Shown here one piece after another: positions 1-9,006 of a DNA stretch of 34,861 nt. The position numbers were made by a program, and so were the translations under genes. The notes beneath the pieces are model-generated. The model saw only the letters and a program-made list of their open reading frames with translations. It did no database searches and was not told the origin of the DNA. This DNA is from Candidatus Iainarchaeum sp. (GTDB lineage Archaea; Iainarchaeota; Iainarchaeia; Iainarchaeales; GCA-2688035). Within the stretch, counting starts at the first letter, position 1. Each line of letters begins with the position of its first letter. Where the stretch lies: contig JAFGEM010000074.1 in assembly GCA_016931555.1 (NCBI GenBank), positions 1 through 34,861 on the forward strand, written 5' to 3'.

Positions 1-5
1 AATTA

Positions 6-1028
6 TTAGTTTCTATTTGCAATTTTTATTTTCTTTAATTCTTTCAAGTTTTTTGCCCCGCTCAAAAACATTGCAATCCGCAATTCTTCAATTACTTTCT
101 CCAAATATTTCTTTACGCCTTCTTTTCCGCCTGTTTGCTGTGCTTTCAGTACTGGGAGCGCTATTCCTGCAATGTCTGCTCCCAGCGCAATTGCCTTTGC
201 AACATCCAGCCCTGTTCTTACTCCGCCCGAAGCAACTATTGCCCCCTTGAAGGCTTTCCTGCATTCTACAATGCTTTGCACTGTTGGAATCCCGTAATCC
301 CAAAAGGTTTCTCCCAATTCTGCATTTCCGCGCAGGGAATCAATTCCTGTCCAGCTTGTTCCACCTGCCCCTGCAACATCAATTGCCTTTATTTTTGTTT
401 TCGCAAGCTCTTTTGCAATCCTCCCTGAAATTCCGTGCCCGACTTCTTTAACATAAACTGGCTTGCTCAATTCCCTGCTTACTTTTGCAATTGCTTTTAA
501 CGCTCCCTTGAAATTAGTGTCTCCCTCTTTCTGCAAAGCCTCCTGCGCTGCATTCAAATGTATTGCAAGCGCATCAGCCTTAATCTCTTTTAGCGCTTTT
601 TCAATTTTTTCAATTGAATACTGCGGTAATTGCGCTGCTCCAATGTTGCCCGCCAAAAAAATGTTTGGCGCAACATCCCGCACAAAATAGGTTTCCTTTA
701 ATTCAGGCTTCTCTAACATTGCGCGCATGCTCCCTAAACACATTCCCAATCCAAGCTCTTCGCATGCCCCTGCAATATCCTTGTTAATTTGCGTTGCTTC
801 TGTGCAGCCCCCTGTAATTGCCCCAACAAGCAGCGGAGCACTAAATTTTTTTCCCAAAAATTTTGTTTCCAATTTAATTTCTTTTTTGTCAATTTCAGGC
901 AGTGTTTTGTACTCCAGTTCAATTTCTTTGAAACCAATTTTTTCAAATCCTGTTTTCTTTTCCCGAAACTGCACGTTTTGATTGCATGCAATATCCAAAT
1001 GCTCTGTTTTTCTCTTTTGTGTGCTCAT
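6..1028 (-). CDS. fni: Type 2 (FMN-dependent) isopentenyl-diphosphate delta-isomerase
   Basis: 340 aa. N-terminal KTEHLDI, then GAITGG, VKEVGHG, GAGGTSW and ASGGVRTGLDVAKA, typical of the IDI-2 TIM barrel. ATG at 1026-1028 overlaps the upstream stop as ATGA. Confidence 0.9.
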   Translation of the reverse strand: MSTQKRKTEHLDIACNQNVQFREKKTGFEKIGFKEIELEYKTLPEIDKKEIKLETKFLGKKFSAPLLVGAITGGCTEATQINKDIAGACEELGLGMCLGSMRAMLEKPELKETYFVRDVAPNIFLAGNIGAAQLPQYSIEKIEKALKEIKADALAIHLNAAQEALQKEGDTNFKGALKAIAKVSRELSKPVYVKEVGHGISGRIAKELAKTKIKAIDVAGAGGTSWTGIDSLRGNAELGETFWDYGIPTVQSIVECRKAFKGAIVASGGVRTGLDVAKAIALGADIAGIALPVLKAQQTGGKEGVKKYLEKVIEELRIAMFLSGAKNLKELKKIKIANRN

Positions 1029-1504
1029 TTTCTGCGCCTCTTTTCCCTTTTCAACCTGTCTTTTATTGCGGGAAGCATGTCCCTGTAATGCGGCTGTACA
1101 ATTCCCGGTTTTTTTCCAAGCGTTGGAATCCTGTTTATGCGCGCGCTTCGCACCTCTCCAAATTCGCGCGGATTTTTGTTTATTCTTCTTGCAACAGACC
1201 TTAATGTTTCCATTGGAACTTCCACAAGATAAAAGCTTCCCTTAAAATTATAGTGCTCTGGCCTTTTTGCCCCTGCTTTTCCTATCGGCGTTATTTTCAG
1301 CATCTGCCCATTGGTTATGTGCAGCTCTTCCCTTATTTCTCTTTCAAGTGCATGCTTTCTTGTTTCTCCCGTTTTTACTTTTCCCGCGCCTCCAAAGATA
1401 AGCTGCCTGTTCCAGAGTTTTTCATTTGCTCTCTGAACTGAAAGCGCATAAATTTTTCCGTTTTCGCGCGCAAAAACAATGCTTGCAACTGCTCCGCGTG
1501 CCAT
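1025..1504 (-). CDS. Nudix hydrolase, substrate unknown
   Basis: 159 aa. Near-canonical Nudix box GKVKTGETRKHALEREIREELHI (GX5EX7REUXEEXGU with the last G replaced by H). Lys/Arg-rich C-terminal tail. Its stop overlaps the fni start (ATGA). Confidence 0.75.
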   Translation of the reverse strand: MARGAVASIVFARENGKIYALSVQRANEKLWNRQLIFGGAGKVKTGETRKHALEREIREELHITNGQMLKITPIGKAGAKRPEHYNFKGSFYLVEVPMETLRSVARRINKNPREFGEVRSARINRIPTLGKKPGIVQPHYRDMLPAIKDRLKREKRRRK

Positions 1505-1505
1505 T

Positions 1506-1982
1506 TCACGATCTCCTTCTTTTTGCCTTTTTTTCTGGAAATTTTATTATTGGCTGTTTTTTCCTTCTTCGCATTTTGCTTATCCTGCGCCGCGTTTCCG
1601 CAATTTGTTTGTTCCTTCTGTTTATGGATTCAGCTATTTTTTGGTCTAGGTTTGGCAGTGTTTTTGGCAGAAGCACTAGCATCCCGTCAAAACGCAAATA
1701 AACAAGCCTTCGCGCTTTTTTTAAGTGCAATTCCAACATTGATCTTGTATACCCTAAAGTTGCTGCAGCGCCAATTTGTTCCAAGTCTGCTTCAACACTC
1801 TTAGAGCCAGTTCTTTCTATCTCTGGGGGGAAAAGCTTTAATTGTATTTTGGGCCCGGATGCGTTTTTCCTATTTTTGTTGCCACCCTCCACAACCATTT
1901 GTACTACTTTTGTTATCTCTTGCCCTGATAAAGGCCCGATTTCAGGAATTTTAACAGTCTCCTTTGGCATTTTCAAAACCAT
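1506..1982 (-). CDS. Hypothetical protein with a strongly basic C-terminal third
   Basis: 158-aa ORF in operon orientation between IP kinase and Nudix. ATG at 1980-1982, with an alternative ATG at 1968-1970. I recognise no family motif. The tail is RRNKQIAETRRRISKMRRRKK...KKAKRRRS. Confidence 0.5.
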   Translation of the reverse strand: MVLKMPKETVKIPEIGPLSGQEITKVVQMVVEGGNKNRKNASGPKIQLKLFPPEIERTGSKSVEADLEQIGAAATLGYTRSMLELHLKKARRLVYLRFDGMLVLLPKTLPNLDQKIAESINRRNKQIAETRRRISKMRRRKKQPIIKFPEKKAKRRRS

Positions 1983-2770
1983 ATTCTTGTTCCTTCCAAT
2001 TTTTCTCCAACCAATGCCTTGTATGTGTTTTCTTTTTTGTTCATGTCAAAAATAAAAGCTTCCTGCTTTGATAATTGTTCTTTCAGCTTTATTATTTTTC
2101 CCTTCATTCCCTGAGTAACATCAACAGTGCTTGCCTCTCCCACTCTCTCAAGCACTAAATCAAGGTTTTTTTCATCAATCAGGGGAATTCTCTCTGCGTT
2201 TTCATCAATTTTTGGGTCGCCTGTATAGATTCCAGCAACATCTGTCCCCAAAAAAACTTTTTTCACATCAAATTTTTTTGCAAGATGCGCAATTATTGCG
2301 TCTCCGCTTACAACGCTCGCATTCAATTTTTTGTCGGGAACCATTTGCCCGTACAAAACAGCCACTTTTTTTCCCAGCGCGCTTTTGATTTCGCTCAAAT
2401 CAAATTCAACAATTTTTTTTCCGCTCTGCACAACAACTTTGTTTGGGTCTAATCCGAATGCATTCACTCCCGCGCTCTTCAATTCACTCACAACAACGCT
2501 GTTCAAATGCCTGCAATCCGCAACTGTTTTAGTATAACCCTTTTGCTGCCTCTTGCTGTAAACGCCATTATTGATGTCAAATTCCGTTACATTGGTGTGC
2601 CCAAAAGGCCCTGCCCCATGCACAACTATTAAATTAAAGCCCTTCTCCCTTATTGCGCGCGCTATTTCCAAGCCAATTTCCCTTATTTTTTTGTTCCGTG
2701 TTTCAAACTTGTTTTCTTCTTTTTTTGTAATGACGGAACCGCCAAGCTTTATTATGTATAAATCGGGCAT
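1973..2770 (-). CDS. ipk: Isopentenyl phosphate kinase (amino-acid kinase fold)
   Basis: LYIIKLGGSVITKK and VVHGAGPFGH near the N-terminus; VSGD, VDVTQGMKGK and YKALVGEKLEGTRI near the C-terminus, colinear with archaeal IPKs. The start is placed at the ATG at 2768-2770 (MPDLYIIKLGGS). The longer track ORF would overlap the upstream gene. Confidence 0.85.
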   Translation of the reverse strand: MPDLYIIKLGGSVITKKEENKFETRNKKIREIGLEIARAIREKGFNLIVVHGAGPFGHTNVTEFDINNGVYSKRQQKGYTKTVADCRHLNSVVVSELKSAGVNAFGLDPNKVVVQSGKKIVEFDLSEIKSALGKKVAVLYGQMVPDKKLNASVVSGDAIIAHLAKKFDVKKVFLGTDVAGIYTGDPKIDENAERIPLIDEKNLDLVLERVGEASTVDVTQGMKGKIIKLKEQLSKQEAFIFDMNKKENTYKALVGEKLEGTRIWF

Positions 2771-2846
2771 GTTTTTGCCACTCTCGAAGAATTTTGCAAA
2801 AAATAATTTAATTTTATAATTTTTTTTATTTTCTGCCCCAATTTTT

Positions 2847-3236
2847 TTACTCGGTTTCAATTGCTGCTTTTTCAGCGTCAACTTTTGCATGCATTCCTGT
2901 TTCCAGCTTGCCGATTTCTATGCTGTCTATGCAGGGTATCTCTGCAATAATGCAGCCTACTGCAACAATTGTTTCGCACTTTGCATTGACTATTGCTGCA
3001 GGGGCCTTTCCGTTCTTTTTGAGCCTGTAAAGTATATAGCTTCCCACTGTTGAGCCTTTCCCCTCAGGAAAAACAAGTATTTTGCCTGCAATGCTCTTTC
3101 CCTTTAGCTCGTGCCCTTCCTGTTCTACTATGCCTGTGTCTCCGTTTACTCCGCCGTAGAATGAGATTCCCTGTGTTGTTTTGAGTATTTCTCCCTCTGC
3201 TTTGCCGCTGCATATTGTCCTGCCCTTTAATTTCAT
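2847..3236 (-). CDS. Aconitase X small subunit (DUF126-type); phosphomevalonate dehydratase small subunit
   Basis: 129 aa. GKAEGEIL...ISFYGGV...GKILVFPEGKGSTVGSY...NGKAPAAIV pattern of the AcnX swivel-domain proteins. ATGA overlap with the large subunit. Confidence 0.8.
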   Translation of the reverse strand: MKLKGRTICSGKAEGEILKTTQGISFYGGVNGDTGIVEQEGHELKGKSIAGKILVFPEGKGSTVGSYILYRLKKNGKAPAAIVNAKCETIVAVGCIIAEIPCIDSIEIGKLETGMHAKVDAEKAAIETE

Positions 3237-4405
3237 TCACAGGCCTCCTTTATGCATTCTTCAATGCTTTTTATGCGTGTTTTGAACTTGTTTTTGCTTG
3301 CAGCGTAAAAACAGCCTTTTGCCGAGTCTGTTGTAATCTGGTTAAAGCGCCCTTTTATCGGTGCAACCACGCAGCAGGTGTCTGCTGCAAATTTTGCCCC
3401 TGCTTCCTCAATTGTTTTTGTGTAGCCCATCATGTCTGCAATTTTTTTTGTGGGCCTTGCAGTTGTAATCCAGACTTCTTTGTTCACTTTTTTGCCTTCA
3501 AGCAGTTTTGCAATTTTTTCTATTTCCTTTATGCTTGCGTGCGGGCATCCAATGCTTACAAAGTCTGATGTTCCTTCTGCTGTCAGCCCTGCCAGTGCTT
3601 CTTCTATTTCCGAATGCTTAACTAAAATTTTTTCTTTGGGTTTTTTTGTTTTGCTTGGGGTAATTCCTTTCATATGGAACATTGCTGTTCCGCCGTATGT
3701 TGCAATGCTCGCGCTCAGGCTCTTTAATTCTTCCAGGCTTGCCTTGTCCTGTCCAACCACGAGGGGAATTTTGTTTCCAATTTTTTCCCCCACAACTTTT
3801 CCAAGGGCGCCAAAATTTTGTGTTTCCCTCAAAGGCTTTTCAAGTTCTACAAGGACTTCCGCCTGCCTGTTTTTTTCCAAATGCATGCCATATTCGGGTG
3901 TTTTGCCGGTCAATGCTGCTGCAAGCGCGCTAGGGCCTCCTTCCCTGTTTGTGTATGCTCCCAACACGGAATTTGCGAATGCAACCGCGCTTGACTCGCT
4001 CCATGCAATGTGCTCTCCGAAGTGCGGGCAGTTTCCAATCAAATAAGGAGTGCATGTGCATGTTGTTATCACACCCATTCTTGCAAACGCATTTATCACT
4101 TTTTCCTGTTTTTCCGCGAACTCTTCCTGTATTCCGAGAGCTCTCCAGTTTTCCATGTCCATTCCCGCGGGATTTAATGTTGTCAATACCCTTGTTTTCC
4201 CGTCTTTTGCCATTTCCGCCAGAAACTCTAATCCCGGTTCTCCGAGATTGTCGTAGCTTACTCCGGCAATCTGCACGCTTGATACGCTGATCATTTTTTT
4301 TGCCCCGTAGATTTCCCCAAGAGCCTTTAAGATTTCCATGCTTTTTTTTACGGCATTTCCATGCTTCCCTGAAAGCATTTCTTTTTCTTCTTTTGTAAGA
4401 TTCAT
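3233..4405 (-). CDS. Aconitase X large subunit (DUF521-type); phosphomevalonate dehydratase large subunit
   Basis: 390 aa. N-terminal LTKEEKEMLSGKHGNAVKKSMEIL...SVSSVQIAG plus a Cys-containing core (TCTCTPY, GCPHAS, DTCCVV). It lies next to the DUF126 partner and to the UbiD/UbiX genes. Confidence 0.85.
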   Translation of the reverse strand: MNLTKEEKEMLSGKHGNAVKKSMEILKALGEIYGAKKMISVSSVQIAGVSYDNLGEPGLEFLAEMAKDGKTRVLTTLNPAGMDMENWRALGIQEEFAEKQEKVINAFARMGVITTCTCTPYLIGNCPHFGEHIAWSESSAVAFANSVLGAYTNREGGPSALAAALTGKTPEYGMHLEKNRQAEVLVELEKPLRETQNFGALGKVVGEKIGNKIPLVVGQDKASLEELKSLSASIATYGGTAMFHMKGITPSKTKKPKEKILVKHSEIEEALAGLTAEGTSDFVSIGCPHASIKEIEKIAKLLEGKKVNKEVWITTARPTKKIADMMGYTKTIEEAGAKFAADTCCVVAPIKGRFNQITTDSAKGCFYAASKNKFKTRIKSIEECIKEACE

Positions 4406-4411
4406 TTTGCA

Positions 4412-5707
4412 TCACTTCAAATATTTTTTCAAATTCGCTTTTGGAAACTCTACTTTTCCAAAATTTTTTCCCTTTGCAACTAATGGCTGTGTGCAGTCAA
4501 ACCCGCATTTTGTTGTAAAGCTTGTCTCGGGTTCTGCGCTTGGATCCAAACTCGAGCCTTTTTCCTTGTCTTTCATTATAAGGTCAACGTCTGCTTGGAA
4601 TCTTGTGGCCATTGCCCATTCCACACTCTCATTGTCATAAATGTCAATGTCTTTATCCACAACAAAAATGTGCTTGCAGCTTTTATGCCCTTCAAATGCG
4701 GCTTCAATTGCTTTTTTGCCATCGTCATCCTGCAGTTTATCAATTTTTACGCGCGCGTGGAGCCAGCTGCATCCTCCAGAATTCACGTTTACGTCCAAAC
4801 ACTTTACCCCGGCCTCGTTCACTTTCTTAAAGATAGTGGGTTCTCTTGGCATGCCCATAAGTACCTTGTGCTCGAATTTTCCCGGCAATAGCGCCTGCCA
4901 TATTGCGTTTTTCCTGTGAGTAATTTTTTTTACAGTAAAAACAGGCTCCTGCCTTATAGTGTCCTGTGTTTCAGTCAAATCAACAAAAGGCCCTTCATCC
5001 GCCTTTTCTTCCAGTGAAATTGTCCCTTCCAGCACAAATTCGCATTCCGCGGGAATGACTGCATCAAATGTTTTTGCCTTTACAACTTTCAATGGTTCAA
5101 GCGCGTTTGCTATTTCCAACTCATCAATTCCGATGTCTACGCTTGTTGCAGCAGCAACTAAAACATTTGCTCCGTTTCCAATGCATACGGCAATTGGCAT
5201 TTCCTTTTCCTCGTTCAAAAAAGTGTCAAAATTTCTTTTCCTTACAATTCTGACGCTGAGCTTGTTTTTTCCAATTTGCATGCACCTGTGAAAATCAAGG
5301 TTTTGCCCGTACTTTGGGTGCTTTGCCACAACTACCCCGCTTGAAATATAATTTCCGCCGTCGTTTTCACAGTGGAACAAAATAGGGAGCTTGTCCAAAT
5401 CAATTTTTTTCATTTCCACTTCCTGGCACGGCGCTTTTTCAACAACCTCGGGCTTTGACCTGTTTTCAATTGCATTTGTAATAGTGGGAATTAATTCGTT
5501 TACTTTGCATCCAAGATAGTCTGCTACGCTTTGTTTTGTTGGAAAAATGTTTCCCGCTACGTTGAATTCGGATTCTTTGATTTTTTCAAACAAAACAGGT
5601 TTGTCAACAAGCTCGTTAATAATTGCGCTTGCCTCAAGCTTTTTTGAAACAGGCTTTTCCACTCTATTCAGGTTCTTTAATTTTTCCAGGTGTGTTCTGA
5701 AACTCAT
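4412..5707 (-). CDS. UbiD-family prFMN-dependent decarboxylase, probable trans-anhydromevalonate-5-phosphate decarboxylase
   Basis: About 431 aa with UbiD-like length and layout. The family is assigned mainly from context, next to UbiX and AcnX. The start is placed at the ATG at 5705-5707 (AGGTG 6 nt upstream; ATGA overlap with the ubiX stop). The track start at 5716 is GTG. Confidence 0.8.
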   Translation of the reverse strand: MSFRTHLEKLKNLNRVEKPVSKKLEASAIINELVDKPVLFEKIKESEFNVAGNIFPTKQSVADYLGCKVNELIPTITNAIENRSKPEVVEKAPCQEVEMKKIDLDKLPILFHCENDGGNYISSGVVVAKHPKYGQNLDFHRCMQIGKNKLSVRIVRKRNFDTFLNEEKEMPIAVCIGNGANVLVAAATSVDIGIDELEIANALEPLKVVKAKTFDAVIPAECEFVLEGTISLEEKADEGPFVDLTETQDTIRQEPVFTVKKITHRKNAIWQALLPGKFEHKVLMGMPREPTIFKKVNEAGVKCLDVNVNSGGCSWLHARVKIDKLQDDDGKKAIEAAFEGHKSCKHIFVVDKDIDIYDNESVEWAMATRFQADVDLIMKDKEKGSSLDPSAEPETSFTTKCGFDCTQPLVAKGKNFGKVEFPKANLKKYLK

Positions 5708-6258
5708 TTTCCCCACCTCTCAAATTTCGAGTTTTCTATGCCGAGCAAATCCATTATTTTCCCAATAATAAATGCTTCCAAATCTTTAATTGTTTTTGGT
5801 TTGTGGTAAAAACCCGGGCTTAAGGGCATTACAATGCCGCCATACTGGCTAATTTTTGTCAGGTTTTCCAAACAGGGTCCGCTTAAAGGAGTTTCTCTAA
5901 TGCATACAACAAGCTTTTTCCGCATTTTGAGCATGTTATCCGCTGCCCTTGAAATGAGGTTGCTTGAGTCTGCGTTTGCAATTTCTGAAACTGTTTTTAC
6001 TGTGGCGGGGCATACAATCATTCCGTCAACCAAAAAAGAGGAGCTGCTTATTGCTGCTCCCATGTCTTTGTAGCCGTAAACTTTGCCTGCAAGCTTCTTA
6101 ACTTGGGCAATGCTTTCTTTTGTTTCTTCTTCAATTAATTTTTCCGCCCACTCGCTCAAAATCAAATGTGTTTCGATTTCCGCTTCTTTAAGTGCCTTCA
6201 ATAACTCGATTCCGTATCCGATTCCGCTTGCGCCGCAGATTGCAACAATTATTTTCAT
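5704..6258 (-). CDS. ubiX: Flavin prenyltransferase UbiX (prFMN synthase)
   Basis: MKIIVAICGASGIGYGIELLKAL start, VCPATVKTVSEIANADSSNLISRAAD, PLSPGFYHKP. The start is placed at the ATG at 6256-6258. The longer ORF would overlap the mevalonate kinase gene. Confidence 0.9.
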   Translation of the reverse strand: MKIIVAICGASGIGYGIELLKALKEAEIETHLILSEWAEKLIEEETKESIAQVKKLAGKVYGYKDMGAAISSSSFLVDGMIVCPATVKTVSEIANADSSNLISRAADNMLKMRKKLVVCIRETPLSGPCLENLTKISQYGGIVMPLSPGFYHKPKTIKDLEAFIIGKIMDLLGIENSKFERWGK

Positions 6259-6289
6259 TCTAAAACCCTTTTTTTTGGAAAAATAATTT

Positions 6290-7243
6290 TCAGTTTTGGG
6301 TTTCTGCCCCGATTTTTGTTTTCTTGCACGCAAAACCATTTCTTTCGAGTGATTCTGCAACTTTCTCCTGTGTTTCTCCGGGTGTGAGTGCAATTAGCAG
6401 TCCGCCTCTTCCTGTTCCCGTAAGCTTTGCTCCCAATGCCCCTGCTTTCAGCGCGGTTTCCTGCATTGTGTCAAGCTCTTTGCATGAAACACTGATTTTT
6501 TGCAAAAGCGAATGGTTTTTGTTCATGAGTTCTCCCACTTTTTTCCAGTCCTCTTTTTTCAGCGCCTGTATTGCTGAATTGCATAGTTCCGTGTAATCAT
6601 AAAATATTTTTTTGAATTCTCCCGCATTTTTTTCCTTTAATTCCCTTACATCGTTTACTACATTTTTTGTTTCCTGTGTTATGCCCGAGTTTGCTAAAAC
6701 AATTTCAACAGGCTTTTTTACTCGAATATTTTCAACTTTATTTTTCCCGCCTTCCAGATTTTTTTCAAAAATAATAAAGCCCCCGTAGACGGCGCATGTG
6801 TTGTCGATTCCGCTTGCGCTTCCGCTTCCCGCGCATTCCGCTATAAACGCAGCCTCGTTTATTTGTGCATCGGAAAGATTTAGTTTAAGCTCCTGATTGA
6901 GTGCACGCGAAATGCTTGCTGCAAGTGCAGCGCTTGCTCCTATTCCCGAGGCGCATTTTAGGTTTCCCGAAAGAGTTATTTTCAAGGGCTTTTTTTCCAG
7001 ATCAAGGTTAAAGTGTTTTACAATTGCATTCAATTGCCTTTGTATTTCTTCTTTTTTTGTTTCTTTATAGCCGGGGGTTTCAGGGCGGTTGTCAACAAAT
7101 TCCAGGCCCTTTGTTCCTGCTTCGATTGTCGCACTTGTATGGTCTCCCAATGCTGCGACAATTGCCGGCAGCCCATAAACCACAAAATGCTCGCCGAAAA
7201 GAATGGTTTTTCCGAATCCAATCCCCTGAGCCATTTTCACCAC
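6290..7243 (-). CDS. mvk: Mevalonate kinase (GHMP kinase)
   Basis: GKTILFGEHFVVYG, GHMP motif SGIGASAALAAS, KLTGTGRGG. The start is ambiguous: GTG at 7241-7243 or ATG at 7232-7234. Confidence 0.85.
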   Translation of the reverse strand: MVKMAQGIGFGKTILFGEHFVVYGLPAIVAALGDHTSATIEAGTKGLEFVDNRPETPGYKETKKEEIQRQLNAIVKHFNLDLEKKPLKITLSGNLKCASGIGASAALAASISRALNQELKLNLSDAQINEAAFIAECAGSGSASGIDNTCAVYGGFIIFEKNLEGGKNKVENIRVKKPVEIVLANSGITQETKNVVNDVRELKEKNAGEFKKIFYDYTELCNSAIQALKKEDWKKVGELMNKNHSLLQKISVSCKELDTMQETALKAGALGAKLTGTGRGGLLIALTPGETQEKVAESLERNGFACKKTKIGAETQN

Positions 7244-7250
7244 AAAAAAT

Positions 7251-7655
7251 TTACCCCACTACCTTGAATTTATACCCGTATGCTATTGGTCCCTCTGGAT
7301 CAATGTCTGAAATTTTTCTGAATACTTTTTTTACTTTTGCGCCAATCTTTATTTTTTTTGCATCAGAGTCAACTATCTGGCTCAGTGCTTTTGCTCCATT
7401 CTCGAGCTCTACTATTGCAAGAAAATACGGTGTTTCCTGTTCAAATCCGAATGGCCCCACAAATAATTCTGTCCATGAAACAATTTTTCCCGAATGTGGC
7501 ATTGATTTTTCCACTAATTTTCCTTTGCGCCGGCAGTTTGGGCATACTGTTCTCGCGGGAAAAAAGCTTTGTTTGCAGTTTTCACAGTAATTTCCCTTTA
7601 GATAATATCTTTCAGGGTATCTTCTCCATTGCAATGGCAGTGCGCTATGCGGCAT
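7251..7655 (-). CDS. DUF35 OB-fold/zinc-ribbon protein (scaffold of the archaeal thiolase/HMG-CoA synthase complex)
   Basis: 134 aa. Zinc ribbon CENCKQSFFPARTVCPNCRRKG followed by an OB-like C-terminus. GAGGTGA lies 6 nt upstream of the ATG. Confidence 0.85.
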   Translation of the reverse strand: MPHSALPLQWRRYPERYYLKGNYCENCKQSFFPARTVCPNCRRKGKLVEKSMPHSGKIVSWTELFVGPFGFEQETPYFLAIVELENGAKALSQIVDSDAKKIKIGAKVKKVFRKISDIDPEGPIAYGYKFKVVG

Positions 7656-7702
7656 TTTTAATCACCTCTTATTCAATTCTTTCTCCTGATTCTTTTAATC
7701 TC

Positions 7703-7795
7703 CTAATCAATTCTTTTTGTTCTCTGGCTTTTCTTTTCCTGATTTTTCTTATGTTTCTTACTCTTGTTCGCGCAGTTTTTCCTGCTTTTGCCCAT
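7703..7795 (-). CDS. Possible 30-aa lysine-rich micro-ORF (speculative)
   Basis: MGKSRKNCANKSKKHKKNQEKKSQRTKRID, read in operon orientation within the otherwise unexplained 168-bp gap between the thiolase and DUF35 genes. It has no strong SD and low complexity. Confidence 0.2.
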   Translation of the reverse strand: MGKSRKNCANKSKKHKKNQEKKSQRTKRID

Positions 7796-7823
7796 TTTTT
7801 TATTCCGCTTGGCTTTGCAGGCA

Positions 7824-8996
7824 TTATTTTTTGCCCCCGATTTTTTTGTATATGTGGACAACTGCTGTTGCTCCGCTTCCTCCAACATTGTGTGTTAATC
7901 CAATGTTCGCGTTTTTCACCTGTCGTTTTTCAGCTGCATTGTTTAATTGCAGGAATGCTTCAACTGCCTGTGCAACTCCTGTCGCGCCGACAGGATGTCC
8001 TTTTCCTTTTAAGCCTCCGCTTGTGTTAATGGGAATTTCTCCGTTCAAACCAGTTTTTCCTGCTTCTGTTGCTTTTCCTCCCTCTCCTTTTTTAAAGAAT
8101 CCGAGGTCTTCTATTGCAAATATTTCTGCTATTGTAAAGCAGTCATGTACTTCTGCAAAGTCTATGTCTTTTGGCTTTAGCTTGGCATGTTCATAAGCCT
8201 GTTTTGCTGCTATTTTCGTTGCAAGCATTTCAGTTAAAGATTTTCTTCCTGTTAATGCGAGTGAGTCTGATGCCTGTGTTGATGCAATTATTTCCACGGG
8301 ATTTTTGCATAGTTTTCTTGCTTTCTTTGTTTCGCATAAGATTACTGCGGCTGCGCCGTCTGTTATTGGCGAGCAATCCAATAGTTTTAATGGAGAGGCA
8401 ACGTATCCTGATTTCATTACATCCTCTATTGAAACTTCCCTGTGGAATTGTGCATTGGGATTTAACAAAGCGTTTTTGTGGTTTTTTACTGCGCATGCAG
8501 CCATTTGCTCTTCAGTTGTTCCGAATTCTTTCATGTGCTTTCGTGCCATTAAAGCATATAATGAGGGAAAGGTTGCTCCGTGAAATAATTCTGTTTCCTG
8601 GTCTCCTGCGCCTCCCAATGCAAATCCTGCCTGTTCTGTTGAAACCTCTGTCATTTTTTCTATGCCTCCAACAGCAACAATGTCATGGGCCCCTGATGCA
8701 ACAGCAAGATATCCCGAGCGCAGGGCTACTCCTCCGGAAGCACAAGCAGCTTCAACTCTTGTTGCGGGAATTGGAGTTACCCCTAACTGGTCTGCAATTA
8801 ATGCTCCAATGTGTTCCTGTCCAATAAACCTGCCAGAAGCCATGCAGCCCCCGTATATTGCCTCGATATCTTTTCCTTCAAGGTTGCATCCTGCAATTGC
8901 CAGTATTCCTGCTTCTGCAATTAATTCTCTAAAGCTTTTTCCCCAGTGCTCTCCAAAAGAGGTTAATCCAACGCCGATTATTGAAACGCTTCTCAC
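7824..8996 (-). CDS. Acetyl-CoA C-acetyltransferase (archaeal-type thiolase)
   Basis: IIGVGLTSFG, active-site EAACASGG, GHPVGATG, NVGGSGA. The start must be the GTG at 8994-8996 (AGGTGA 5 nt upstream), because the next in-frame ATG would remove the conserved N-terminus. Confidence 0.9.
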   Translation of the reverse strand: MRSVSIIGVGLTSFGEHWGKSFRELIAEAGILAIAGCNLEGKDIEAIYGGCMASGRFIGQEHIGALIADQLGVTPIPATRVEAACASGGVALRSGYLAVASGAHDIVAVGGIEKMTEVSTEQAGFALGGAGDQETELFHGATFPSLYALMARKHMKEFGTTEEQMAACAVKNHKNALLNPNAQFHREVSIEDVMKSGYVASPLKLLDCSPITDGAAAVILCETKKARKLCKNPVEIIASTQASDSLALTGRKSLTEMLATKIAAKQAYEHAKLKPKDIDFAEVHDCFTIAEIFAIEDLGFFKKGEGGKATEAGKTGLNGEIPINTSGGLKGKGHPVGATGVAQAVEAFLQLNNAAEKRQVKNANIGLTHNVGGSGATAVVHIYKKIGGKK

Positions 8997-9006
8997 TCAT
9001 ATCACC

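Noticed and set aside
1025-1504. Nudix-fold ORF as a type 1 IPP isomerase
   Set aside because: Type 1 IDI is a Nudix-superfamily member, but this ORF keeps a hydrolase-type Nudix box and lacks the Cys-containing IDI-1 active-site segment. A type 2 isomerase is encoded immediately downstream.
2771-2890. N-terminal extensions offered by the ORF track for ipk (to 2890), ubiX (to 6393), the pilin (to 18964) and coaE (from 32302)
   Set aside because: Each extension overlaps the neighbouring gene, is poly-basic or low in complexity, and precedes an internal ATG that gives the canonical family N-terminus.
3930-4415. 161-aa Arg/Lys/Gly-rich ORF on the minus strand overlapping the AcnX large-subunit gene in another frame
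   Set aside because: It is an alternative frame of a conserved gene, with low complexity, no independent start signal and no recognisable domain.
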